A DNA stretch of 54,065 nt, taken from contig JAIPIC010000003.1 in NCBI GenBank assembly GCA_021734865.1, positions 1 through 54,065 on the forward strand, in the 5' to 3' direction. The position numbers were made by a program, and so were the translations under genes. Below the pieces are notes generated by a model, which was not told the origin of the DNA, ran no database searches, and saw only the letters and a list, made by a program, of their open reading frames with translations. This document shows positions 10,298 through 19,938 of this stretch, piece by piece. Origin of the DNA: Candidatus Woesearchaeota archaeon (lineage in GTDB: Archaea; Nanobdellota; Nanobdellia; Woesearchaeales; JAIPIC01). How positions within the stretch are numbered: the first letter of the stretch is position 1; each line of letters starts with the position of its first letter.

Positions 10298-10852
10298 ATG
10301 GCATATTCAAAAAAAGGATCCCTTAACCTATCAATTAATGCTATCGTGGTGCTAATTCTTGCTATCACAATGTTAGGTCTGGGATTGACATTTATTACTA
10401 AGATTTTTGGGCAGGCTACCGGAGGATTAGGAGATGCTTTTGAAGGCATTGATAAGCAAAGGGTGGAGAAGTTAGAAAATACGTGTGACCAAGAAGTATG
10501 TTTAGAAAAATCAAAAATTGAATTGCAAAAAGGTAAAGAAACTGATTTGTATATATTGTTTAATAACGCGCTGTCGAGTGACGTGACCTTTGACCTTACT
10601 GGAACAGTCGATTGTCACGAGCTTGGTACAGGGGCACCCGATCAATGTGGAATAAACGATGCAGATTCTGTTGTTAATATGAGAGTAGATACTTCTGTGT
10701 TGGTTAAGAAAGGGGGTCAGCGGGCACTCCCAATATATTTTGAGGCAAAACCGAGCGCAACAAAGGGTACTTATATTTTTAATTTGGATATTACACAGAG
10801 TGATATGGCCTATGATACTATTGAATCTGTTACGGTCAATGTCAATATATAG
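10298..10852 (+). CDS. Class III signal peptide (pilin-like) protein with Ig-like domain
   Basis: SKKG-SLNLSINAIVVLILA; RBS GAGGTG at ~10287. Confidence 0.8.
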   Translation: MAYSKKGSLNLSINAIVVLILAITMLGLGLTFITKIFGQATGGLGDAFEGIDKQRVEKLENTCDQEVCLEKSKIELQKGKETDLYILFNNALSSDVTFDLTGTVDCHELGTGAPDQCGINDADSVVNMRVDTSVLVKKGGQRALPIYFEAKPSATKGTYIFNLDITQSDMAYDTIESVTVNVNI

Positions 10853-11083
10853 GTGATCATGATGAAAAAAAGACTTACTCAAGGTGAAGAATTTGAGATT
10901 CTCAAGCTTGTTATTGACAAATTCCTATGGTTGGGATTTGGTATCATGGCACTTGGACTGTACAGGATTTTTGCAGTTTCTACAGTAAATATTTACAGGG
11001 AGTTCTCCTTTATGATCGCTGGTGGAATAATCTTAGTAATATTGCTGTATTTGCTGGTTAAAGAATATGAATTGTTGAAGTGA
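10853..11083 (+). CDS. Small two-TM membrane protein
   Basis: 76 aa, two hydrophobic helices, co-oriented in the cluster. Confidence 0.75.
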   Translation: MIMMKKRLTQGEEFEILKLVIDKFLWLGFGIMALGLYRIFAVSTVNIYREFSFMIAGGIILVILLYLLVKEYELLK

Positions 11084-11115
11084 AGTTTGTGAAAGCAATA
11101 GAGATTGGAAAAATC

Positions 11116-12519
11116 ATGAAGTCCAGGATAATTTTTAATTTATTTGTTTTTTTTATTCTTATTTTTTCACTTTTTCTCACCGGGTGTGGTGGAGAGTGCG
11201 AGACTATAGGTGATTGTCCAAATAAGGAATGTTATACTAAGAGATGTACATCAGATAAAAAATGTGAATACGATGTAAAATCAGACTGCTGCGGTAATAA
11301 TAAATGTGAAGATGGAGAGAATAAATGTACTTGCGGTACTGATTGTGGTCAGTGTTCAGGCTTAGTTGGTGAATATCTAGAAATGAAATGCACATCCGGA
11401 AATGAATGTGTAGAGTTAATTAAAGATTCAATACATAAAGTGGTTACAGATACGAAAAAACTTAAGGATGTTGAAATTGATATAGTCACAGAATACAGAC
11501 AACCCTTTAATGTTGACACAGACGAAATCAAATTATCAATAAAGTCAAATCAGGACCTTACAACAAAAACAAATGTCATGGTGGACAGCATACAATTGGT
11601 CTTAATCAAATCAGGAGCAAGAAATGTGCTTTATGAAACTGATGTTGGTCTGGGATTATACAATAAGGATTCTGAGATTGATTTTTCTTTACCTCTCAGA
11701 TTTTCATCTGAAGAACCCGAAACAGAATACCTAACTTTGGCTATCGCTTACAGTTATGATGAGTTTAAGAGTAACAGTAAATCAAAAGTATCTGATAGTA
11801 TCGATATCCGATTGAAAGAAAAGATAACTCTCGTAGATCCTGAAGGCGAAACCTGTCCATCATCATGTGATGATGACAACGACTGCACAAAAGATATTTG
11901 CAGCGAAGCAACAGGGTATAAATGCAAACATGAACCCCAGACTGACTGTGCGTCAAATGGAATATGCGAAACTAATGAGAATAAATGTACTGCTTCATTC
12001 GACTGTGGCCCATGCAGCGGTCCATATCTATCGACAATGGAGCTTGAATGCGATCAAAAAATATGTTATAAAAAAGTAATCTCAAGCCAGACAAAGACTC
12101 AAACACAGGAAAAATCTCTGTCCGTATGTGAATTGGATATACGAATCTCATACACTAACCCTTTTGATGGCAAGAATGACAATATTTCTCTTGATATAAG
12201 CATGCTTAATGCAAATAGCATATTTGTATCTCCTTTTGTAATAAAAGACATTGAATTATACGAGGGTAGCATATTGATCGGAGAGACTGTTGTTGAAGGA
12301 AACCTTGCTGGTCCAGGCAAATCTATTAATGATATTAGTGTCCCCCTCAATATCCCTTTTGAATTTGACGAAATGGAAAAAGCCATTAGCGTCAAAATCA
12401 ATTATGAATACAGCAAGTTACAGAACCAGGAGAAGGTTGGACCTTTTAGGGATTCCTTCTCAATACGGTTGGCAGATAAGATTGTATTTGCAAATACAGG
12501 TATTATTGAAGGAAGATAA
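11116..12519 (+). CDS. Cysteine-rich surface lipoprotein with internal duplication
   Basis: Lipobox-like LTGC; two Cys-rich blocks (CE.GENKCTC..DCG.CSG / CETNENKCTA..DCGPCSG), each followed by a beta-rich domain (Y..PF...D.I.L.I; DS..IRL..KI). Confidence 0.8.
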   Translation: MKSRIIFNLFVFFILIFSLFLTGCGGECETIGDCPNKECYTKRCTSDKKCEYDVKSDCCGNNKCEDGENKCTCGTDCGQCSGLVGEYLEMKCTSGNECVELIKDSIHKVVTDTKKLKDVEIDIVTEYRQPFNVDTDEIKLSIKSNQDLTTKTNVMVDSIQLVLIKSGARNVLYETDVGLGLYNKDSEIDFSLPLRFSSEEPETEYLTLAIAYSYDEFKSNSKSKVSDSIDIRLKEKITLVDPEGETCPSSCDDDNDCTKDICSEATGYKCKHEPQTDCASNGICETNENKCTASFDCGPCSGPYLSTMELECDQKICYKKVISSQTKTQTQEKSLSVCELDIRISYTNPFDGKNDNISLDISMLNANSIFVSPFVIKDIELYEGSILIGETVVEGNLAGPGKSINDISVPLNIPFEFDEMEKAISVKINYEYSKLQNQEKVGPFRDSFSIRLADKIVFANTGIIEGR

Positions 12520-12573
12520 CAAATTTGCTTGAACAAACACTATTCGTACCATCAATATTTGTGAGATCAGAAA

Positions 12574-13113
12574 ATGAGAAAGATGAATAAAAAGGGACTG
12601 GAATTATCAATTAATTTTATTGTTATACTTGTCATATCAATCGCAATATTTGGTATGGGAATCTATTTTGTATCGACTATCTTTATAGGATCAAGCGATG
12701 TGATTAAGACCATATCTCAACAGGAAGAAACGCAACTTGAGAAGCGGCTAATGACTGGCAGAGAAAAAGTGGTCATACCTATTGAGACTAAGACCATGAA
12801 AAGAGGAGAGGCAGTCGTTTTTGGAATTGGAATATTCAATAATATGGGAAGCACTAAGACTTTTTCAGTTGATGTGACACCAGGACCAATGTATAAAGAA
12901 GATAGGTCTATTGAACTTACACCCACGCCTGGAGTGGTGACAGAGAATCCCGTTGATCAGATTGTGAAGAACAATGAGTATAAAATTGCTAGACTTACTG
13001 TAAGAGCACCACCAAATACTGATAAAGGAAGATATCAAATTAACATTCAGGTCAAGGATGATACTGGTGCAGATTATGATACAATCAGATTGATATATAT
13101 TAATGTTGAATAG
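12574..13113 (+). CDS. Class III signal peptide (pilin-like) protein with Ig-like domain
   Basis: NKKG-LELSINFIVILVIS; paralogous to 10298-10852 (KG.Y..N, YDTI). Confidence 0.8.
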   Translation: MRKMNKKGLELSINFIVILVISIAIFGMGIYFVSTIFIGSSDVIKTISQQEETQLEKRLMTGREKVVIPIETKTMKRGEAVVFGIGIFNNMGSTKTFSVDVTPGPMYKEDRSIELTPTPGVVTENPVDQIVKNNEYKIARLTVRAPPNTDKGRYQINIQVKDDTGADYDTIRLIYINVE

Positions 13114-13158
13114 TATATCTGTTTAGAAGATGGGTAAACTTTGAAATACTTATTTTGG

Positions 13159-14991
13159 TCATATCCTTCTGATAACATCAAATATTTTCTTCTCGGACAG
13201 TCCGATTTCATCCAGTAGGGTAGACCTCGAACCATGTTCAATGAAGCGATCGGGAATTCCAAGTGTTTTGATTTTAACCTTACTGTCACTCATTTCTTCA
13301 AGTATTGAACTCGCAAATCCTCCTTTGCATGAATTCTCTTCGACAATAATGGCCTTACCAATTCTTTTGATATAATTGATTATCTTTTTGTCCACAGGCT
13401 TGATGAACCTTGCATTGATTAAGCCAACAGGTACCAAATGCGAATCATTGTACCGATTAACTGCGTTTCTTGCGGGCTTGACCATAGAACCCACTGCAAT
13501 GACTACTGCTTTCTTGCCACGTACAAGGAGCTCAGACGACCCTTTTTCGATATACTTTTTTCTTGGAGTCTTCTCTGGTTCCATCCCCTTTGGATATCTG
13601 ATAGCTACGGGGCATTTGTACTTTATTGCAGACCAAAGAAGATTTCGCAGTTCATCCTGATTTCTTGGAGAAGCAATGCACATATTTGGAATATGCCTAA
13701 GATATGAAATATCAAATGCACCATGGTGGGTGGGTCCGTCTTCGCCGACCAGACCCGATCGGTCTATAGCTAAGATTACCGGTAGGTTCTGCAAAGCGAC
13801 ATCATGTATTAATTGATCATACGACCGTTGAAGAAAAGTAGAATATATTGCAACGAATGGGATCAACCCTTCTTTAGCCATGGCTGCTGCAAATGTAACT
13901 GCATGTTGTTCAGCAATACCAACATCAAAAAACCTGTTAGGATACTTCCTTCTGAATTCTGATAGACCAGTACCTTCACACATTGCAGCAGTCACTGCAA
14001 CAACTTTCTTATTACTGGCTGCAATTTTGCATAGCGTATCGCCAAAAACTGAACTATAGCTAATCCCTTCTTTCTTTTTAGATTTCCCATTTGTCTTGTC
14101 AAACAATCCAATTCCGTGAAACCTTGTTGAATCATTTTCTGCATGGGAAAACCCCTTTCCTTTTTTTGTCTTAAGATGTATCAAAATAGGACCTTTTGCT
14201 TTCTTGGCCTCCTTAAATGAACGTATAATCTGTGGGATATTATGTCCATTAACAGGACCAATATATTCTATTCCTAACTTCTCGAAAAGAAAATTAGGAC
14301 TCGCTGCTCTCTTTAGATTATCTTTCAGTTCAAGAAGCTCAGATTTGTATGCAGGTTTAACCGATTTTAATAGGTTATTTATTGTATACCTTACCTGTCT
14401 GTAAATCTTAGTCTTGGTTATTCTTCCAGTATATTTTGATAATGCCCCAACATTATTAGAAATTGACATCTTATTATCATTTAGGACAATAATAACCTTA
14501 GTCTGAAGATACCCAATATTATTTAATCCTTCAAATGCCATCCCTCCTGTAAGAGCACCGTCCCCAATTACACAGATAACCTCATGTTTCTCTCCTTTTA
14601 GGTCTCTAGCTTTTGCAAAACCTGCTCCGATTGACAAAGAAGTACTGGCATGACCAACATCAAACTGATCGTGTTTGCACTCAGAAGTTTTAGGGAATCC
14701 TGATATCCCTCCTTTCATCCTGAGGCTGTTGAAACGATCTTTCCTGCCCGTCAGAATCTTATGAGCATATGCCTGATGCCCCACATCCCAAATAAACTTA
14801 TCTTTTGGACTATTAAATAAATAATGCATAACAACTGTAAGTTCGACAACACCAAGAGAAGAGGCAAGGTGTCCCCCAGTATTACACACTGAATTGACTA
14901 AAAATTCCCTAATCTCACTGGATAAAATCGATAGCTCGCTAATTTTGAGCTTTTTCAAATCATCGACATTATTTATCTTTTCAATAATCAT
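13159..14991 (-). CDS. dxs: 1-deoxy-D-xylulose-5-phosphate synthase
   Basis: GGHLASSLG, WDVGHQAY.HKILTGR, GDGALTGGMAFE, DVGIAEQHAV, GEDGPTHHG. Confidence 0.96.
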   Translation of the reverse strand: MIIEKINNVDDLKKLKISELSILSSEIREFLVNSVCNTGGHLASSLGVVELTVVMHYLFNSPKDKFIWDVGHQAYAHKILTGRKDRFNSLRMKGGISGFPKTSECKHDQFDVGHASTSLSIGAGFAKARDLKGEKHEVICVIGDGALTGGMAFEGLNNIGYLQTKVIIVLNDNKMSISNNVGALSKYTGRITKTKIYRQVRYTINNLLKSVKPAYKSELLELKDNLKRAASPNFLFEKLGIEYIGPVNGHNIPQIIRSFKEAKKAKGPILIHLKTKKGKGFSHAENDSTRFHGIGLFDKTNGKSKKKEGISYSSVFGDTLCKIAASNKKVVAVTAAMCEGTGLSEFRRKYPNRFFDVGIAEQHAVTFAAAMAKEGLIPFVAIYSTFLQRSYDQLIHDVALQNLPVILAIDRSGLVGEDGPTHHGAFDISYLRHIPNMCIASPRNQDELRNLLWSAIKYKCPVAIRYPKGMEPEKTPRKKYIEKGSSELLVRGKKAVVIAVGSMVKPARNAVNRYNDSHLVPVGLINARFIKPVDKKIINYIKRIGKAIIVEENSCKGGFASSILEEMSDSKVKIKTLGIPDRFIEHGSRSTLLDEIGLSEKKIFDVIRRI

Positions 14992-14993
14992 CT

Positions 14994-15125
14994 TTAAGAA
15001 GCAATATTATAACTACTGATTTTAATCCCTTGATGTCTAAGATGTTCAACTATCTCATTGTTGAGTTTGATCATTGAAACCAGCATTAATTCATCAATCT
15101 CCTGAATGCCCTCAAGGTTCTCCAT
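14994..15125 (-). CDS. Putative 43-aa small protein upstream of dxs
   Basis: ATG at 15125 (MENLEGIQEIDELMLV...); stop 2 nt before the dxs start. Confidence 0.4.
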   Translation of the reverse strand: MENLEGIQEIDELMLVSMIKLNNEIVEHLRHQGIKISSYNIAS

Positions 15126-15356
15126 CGGAAAAAAGAGAGCTATAATTTTATATAAACTTATTGTTGCACATTTGGTTGGTACTGAATTACATAGTTTTCT
15201 ATCGAACAACTTAAAGGAAGGCACCTTCTATTATAATTTAATAGATATAGGTGGGTCCAAAGAGGACAATTAAATAGCCAAATTAATACAAAACTTTATA
15301 TATTAGTTTTTTTGTATTCGTACTATTGGGGAGTTTAAAAAAAGAGGTGTAGGTTA

Positions 15357-16649
15357 ATGACTAGAGATAATGGATATATTAGCACTCATAAGGAAAAAAT
15401 ACCATTCCGTTTAAGGATTGGATTTGCCTATATATTTCTTGTTGTGCTACCTATTATATATTTCATTACTAATTCAGCCCCTTCAAATGTTTATATATAC
15501 TGGTCTCTGGTTGTGATAATAGCATCATCCAATGTTTTTTTCTTTATGTTCATAACAAAATTTGCAAGTGATTCAGAAGAATTGAGTAATAAGTTCCATA
15601 TGCTTGCAAAGGGGAATTTCCAAGCTGATACTTCCATAAAAGAGGGAGAGACACAAATTGGTAGGATGGTAAATTCATTCCGACGAATAAAGAATTTCTT
15701 CCAAGAGCTTATAAAAACAATTGGCGTCAATTTTGAAAAGATGAGCCGTGTCTCACAGGACTTAATAACAGCTTCTGGAGAAGTAAATGCTTCAACTGAA
15801 GAAATTTCTTCAACTGTTCAGGAGATTGCGCGTGGAGCTCAAAGACAATCAAAACAGGTCAATCAGATTGCACACAATGTTAAAACATTTACTGATCAAA
15901 TAAAAAATGTGGCTGAGAAAATGACCACAGTTTCAAAATCAACTGAGCTTGCGAATAAGAATGCTTTGGAAGGAAATAAATCAGCACAGGAAGCAAATGC
16001 TAAGATAATGGCTATTAAAAATACTGTCAGTAATTCCGGAAAAGTTGTGCAGAGTCTGGGTGAGAAAAGTAAAGAAATTAACAAGATTATTGAAGTCATT
16101 GATGATATAAGCGAGCAGACTAATATGCTTGCACTGAATGCAAATATAGAAGCAGCGAGGGCAGGAGAAGCTGGTCGTGGGTTTGCAGTTGTCGCAGATG
16201 AAGTCAGAAAGCTAGCAGAGCAGTCTCAAAAAGCTACACAGCAGATATCAACTCTTATTACAGATATCCAACAGTCAACATCAAATGCAGTTGATACAAT
16301 GGCGTCTGGCGAAAAGCATGTTGAGGAAGGTGCTGAGGTCATCAATAACGCTTTAATCAGCCTGGAAGGTATATCAGCGATAATCAATAATATTAACAAT
16401 ATGACCTCAGAGGCTGAAAACATTATCAATGGTCAGGTTAAGATAGTTGATCAGATCAACACCTCCATGAATGAAATTAGTGCAATTACGGAGGAAAATG
16501 CAGCAGGAAGCGAAGAAGTTTCAGCTTCTATCCAGGAGACGACCTCAACCATACAACAACTCACAAATTATTCTACTGATTTATCAAAATCGATAGAGGA
16601 TATGACTAATGTCCTAAAACAATATGGTTTTGAAGTCAATACAAAATGA
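15357..16649 (+). CDS. Methyl-accepting chemotaxis protein (2 TM, HAMP, signalling domain)
   Basis: [35 protein letters not shown] hairpin tip; RBS GAGGTG. Confidence 0.95.
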   Translation: MTRDNGYISTHKEKIPFRLRIGFAYIFLVVLPIIYFITNSAPSNVYIYWSLVVIIASSNVFFFMFITKFASDSEELSNKFHMLAKGNFQADTSIKEGETQIGRMVNSFRRIKNFFQELIKTIGVNFEKMSRVSQDLITASGEVNASTEEISSTVQEIARGAQRQSKQVNQIAHNVKTFTDQIKNVAEKMTTVSKSTELANKNALEGNKSAQEANAKIMAIKNTVSNSGKVVQSLGEKSKEINKIIEVIDDISEQTNMLALNANIEAARAGEAGRGFAVVADEVRKLAEQSQKATQQISTLITDIQQSTSNAVDTMASGEKHVEEGAEVINNALISLEGISAIINNINNMTSEAENIINGQVKIVDQINTSMNEISAITEENAAGSEEVSASIQETTSTIQQLTNYSTDLSKSIEDMTNVLKQYGFEVNTK

Positions 16650-17164
16650 GCGAATTGTCTGAAGCCAGTATTAAAATTCATGAATCAAAACCTGAAGATA
16701 ATGATGAGATTCTCGATGAGGAAACAGAATTTGTTATGTTTAAGGTCGCAGAAGAAGAATTTGGAATTGACGTCAAGTTTGTAAAAGAAATCATTAAGAT
16801 GGATGTCATCACCCGAATACCTAACTCTAAATTATATCTTAAAGGGGTAATCAACCTGAGAGGCGGCATTGTCCCAATAGTTGATTTTGCACAAAGGATG
16901 GGAATGGATGATATTGAGTCAGATGAAAATCACATCATGGTTCTTGATATTAACAAAAAACAAATTGGTCTAATCGTGAAATCTGCAACAGAAGTTGTAC
17001 TTTTGGACAAGCAAAATATAAAACCAGCTCCTGCAATAATCACAAAAAAAGTAAAGGGAGAATACATTAGTGGAGTTGGTTTGATCGACAGCAGATTGAT
17101 TATAATTCTTGACCTAGAGATAATGTTTAAGGATGATCAATTGATCGGCACAGGACAAGCATAA
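16646..17164 (+). CDS. cheW: Chemotaxis adaptor CheW
   Basis: EEFGIDV..VKEII, GVINLRG.IVPIVD; ATGA overlap with the MCP. Confidence 0.93.
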   Translation: MSELSEASIKIHESKPEDNDEILDEETEFVMFKVAEEEFGIDVKFVKEIIKMDVITRIPNSKLYLKGVINLRGGIVPIVDFAQRMGMDDIESDENHIMVLDINKKQIGLIVKSATEVVLLDKQNIKPAPAIITKKVKGEYISGVGLIDSRLIIILDLEIMFKDDQLIGTGQA

Positions 17165-17196
17165 AACATATAAATTGATTTACTACCTAATTTCTT

Positions 17197-18498
17197 ATGA
17201 ATATTAGATGTGTTCGATGCAAAGGTCGAGGAGAATGCGGACGGAAGAGTTGTGCTCATGCAGTTCGCATGAAAAGCAGAAAAAAATTAAAACCCAAACA
17301 GCACTATTTTGGTGAGACTCCAAATATCTTTGTTGGTCGTTACGGTTATCCAAACATTAGTCTGGGACTTCTTTCCATTGAAGAATATGATATGCATGAT
17401 GATCCAGTCGCTTGGTACAACAATAAATATTCAATTCAGAGCATATCCGATCTGCGTACAGAACTCGTGAATTCTTCATTAAAGACTAATATTAATGTGG
17501 TCCGGAAAAATCCTCAACATACCAAAATATCTCAATCAGACCCAACAAGCATAGATATATTTAGCAATAATTCTGCAAAGTATTCACGAAATGATCTTGT
17601 AAATGCTGATTCCACACGATTGCTTGAGATATCACAAGAAGTGGCGATGGCATCCAAACCAGTAGATGTGGAGATTTCGTTGAAGAAAGTTCCGCAATTC
17701 TCTATTGATTTTAGTGATCAAATAACTCCTTTTGGACCTTCAGTTGAACTCCACAAGGCATCACTAACAGAAAATGCGAAGATACCTAGCCATGTTGAGA
17801 AGGTATATTCCGACGATGAACAAAAAACCGGTCAAGCGATAGAATATCTTTGTAAGCACAACTATGACGAGCATTACATTACTAAAATAATGAGTAGTGG
17901 TTCATTAGGATTAAAAACAGACCGGAAACTGGTCCCATCCAGATGGGCAATCACTGCAACAGACGACTCGATTAGCAAACTACAGATAACAAAAATAAAA
18001 AATTTCAATCAACATGAGGTGGCAGCATATTTTGGTGGTCATCTAGGCAATTATTACCTAATACTCACATTTCCTGATATCTTCAGGTACGAATTATTTG
18101 AAACATACGTACCTTCTAATGGGAATACATTCAAGCCAATGACTGATTATGAGAACCATCTTGGAAGGACTAGTTATGCTAAAGAGACCGCTGGCGGATA
18201 TTATGCAGCCCGTCTTGCATTAACAGAAGCATTACTCAGAATAAAGAAACAGGCTTCCTGCCTAGTCCTGAGATTCATTACAGATGAATATACCAATCCT
18301 CTTGGAGTATGGGTTGTCAGGCAGGCATCCAGAGATGCAATGTCCAATAAGCCTATAACATTCTCTGATGCTGACTTAATGATAAAATATACAAAAGCAC
18401 TTGTGCAGAAGAAGTTTGGTTATGATATTGCAGAAATTCTATCAAGGAGCAAGTTATATAACGAGGTCCACAAACAATTAAAACTTGGCTGCTTTTAA
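17197..18498 (+). CDS. nreA: Archaeal DNA repair protein NreA
   Basis: N-terminal C..CKGR..CG...C, FVGRYGYP, RKLVPSRWAITA.D, GGYYAARL, C-terminal PIP-like QLKLGCF. Confidence 0.9.
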   Translation: MNIRCVRCKGRGECGRKSCAHAVRMKSRKKLKPKQHYFGETPNIFVGRYGYPNISLGLLSIEEYDMHDDPVAWYNNKYSIQSISDLRTELVNSSLKTNINVVRKNPQHTKISQSDPTSIDIFSNNSAKYSRNDLVNADSTRLLEISQEVAMASKPVDVEISLKKVPQFSIDFSDQITPFGPSVELHKASLTENAKIPSHVEKVYSDDEQKTGQAIEYLCKHNYDEHYITKIMSSGSLGLKTDRKLVPSRWAITATDDSISKLQITKIKNFNQHEVAAYFGGHLGNYYLILTFPDIFRYELFETYVPSNGNTFKPMTDYENHLGRTSYAKETAGGYYAARLALTEALLRIKKQASCLVLRFITDEYTNPLGVWVVRQASRDAMSNKPITFSDADLMIKYTKALVQKKFGYDIAEILSRSKLYNEVHKQLKLGCF

Positions 18499-18601
18499 CT
18501 CTTCATTTAAATAAATTTTAATACTTAATATTGAATTTCAATACTTAATATTATCAATTATTTTGTCTTAGATTAGTAATCTTGGTAGGAGGTAGAAATC
18601 T

Positions 18602-19900
18602 ATGGTTTCAAGGAAATTCTTGTTTGTATCTTTTGATGGATTAATAGGTGACCTTGCATGGCAGGTACTTAAGGAAGGTAATGAAGTAAAATATTACATC
18701 CAGAGTGAACTGGAAAAAGATGTTGCAGATGGTTTTGTTCCAAAAATCTCAGATTGGAGAGCAGAGATCGACTGGGCTGAAATTATTGTATTTGACGATG
18801 TTTTGGGACAAGGAACGCTTGCAAAGGAATTAAGAGATAAAGGTAAAAAAGTAATCGGTGGCACACCATATACTGATATGCTTGAAGACGACAGGTCTTT
18901 TGGACAGGACGAATTAAAAAAATATGGAATTTCAATTATCACACATCAGGATTTCAGTTCATTTGATGAAGGAATTGAATATGTTCGTAAAAACCCAGGA
19001 AAATATGTAATTAAACCGAGCGGTGAGGCTCAGAACATGAAAGGCCTTCTTTTCATAGGAGAAGAAGATGATGGCAGGGATGTGATTCAGGTATTAGATG
19101 ATTACAAGAACGCTCTTTCAAATAAGATACCTAACTTCCAGCTTCAAAAACGAATCGCTGGAGTTGAGGTTGCAATTGGAGCATTCTTCAATGGCATAGA
19201 ATTCATATATCCCATCAATGTTAATTTTGAACATAAAAAGTTATTCCCAGGAAATCTAGGGCCTTCAACAGGAGAAATGGGGACCGCTATGTTTTGGTCT
19301 GGTCCAAATAGAATATTTAATCAAACCCTAAAGAAACTGGAAGGAAAACTTTCAGAAGAAGGTTATACTGGATACATTGACATAAATTGTATGGTCAATG
19401 GCAAAGGAATATATCCACTTGAATTTACATCAAGATTTGGCTATCCGACTATTATGATACAACATGAAGGAATGTTAACGCCAATGGGAGAATTCCTATA
19501 TGAAATCGCTTCTGGCAATAACCCTAAACTCAAGACTAAAAAAGGATTTCAAATTGGAGTAAGAGTTGTTGTTCCACCTTTCCCATATCACGATCCGGAA
19601 TCATTTAGAGTCAAGTCCAAGGATTCAATTATTTTCTTCAAGAAAAATGGTATCAGTCAACATGGAGTCCACATCGAGGATGTCAAGATGATAAATGGCG
19701 AATGGCTCGTTACAGGTACTGCAGGAGTTGTGCTCGTTGTATGCGGATGCGGCCAGACTATGAAACAGGCACAAAGTCAAGCTTACAGCAGGATAAAGAA
19801 CATATTGATTCCACATATGTACTATCGCACTGATATAGGTGATAGATGGTTTGAAGATAGCGATAAACTCCATAATTGGGGCTACCTGCGTGAAGTCTAA
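18602..19900 (+). CDS. PurD-like ATP-grasp ligase (divergent phosphoribosylamine-glycine ligase family)
   Basis: EHKKLFPGNLGPSTGEMG, LEFTSRFGYP, YYRTDIG; lacks the canonical N-terminal GxGGREHA. Confidence 0.8.
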   Translation: MVSRKFLFVSFDGLIGDLAWQVLKEGNEVKYYIQSELEKDVADGFVPKISDWRAEIDWAEIIVFDDVLGQGTLAKELRDKGKKVIGGTPYTDMLEDDRSFGQDELKKYGISIITHQDFSSFDEGIEYVRKNPGKYVIKPSGEAQNMKGLLFIGEEDDGRDVIQVLDDYKNALSNKIPNFQLQKRIAGVEVAIGAFFNGIEFIYPINVNFEHKKLFPGNLGPSTGEMGTAMFWSGPNRIFNQTLKKLEGKLSEEGYTGYIDINCMVNGKGIYPLEFTSRFGYPTIMIQHEGMLTPMGEFLYEIASGNNPKLKTKKGFQIGVRVVVPPFPYHDPESFRVKSKDSIIFFKKNGISQHGVHIEDVKMINGEWLVTGTAGVVLVVCGCGQTMKQAQSQAYSRIKNILIPHMYYRTDIGDRWFEDSDKLHNWGYLREV

Positions 19901-19938
19901 TGCAAAGAAATAAATAAAATCCTTTTACGACATATACT

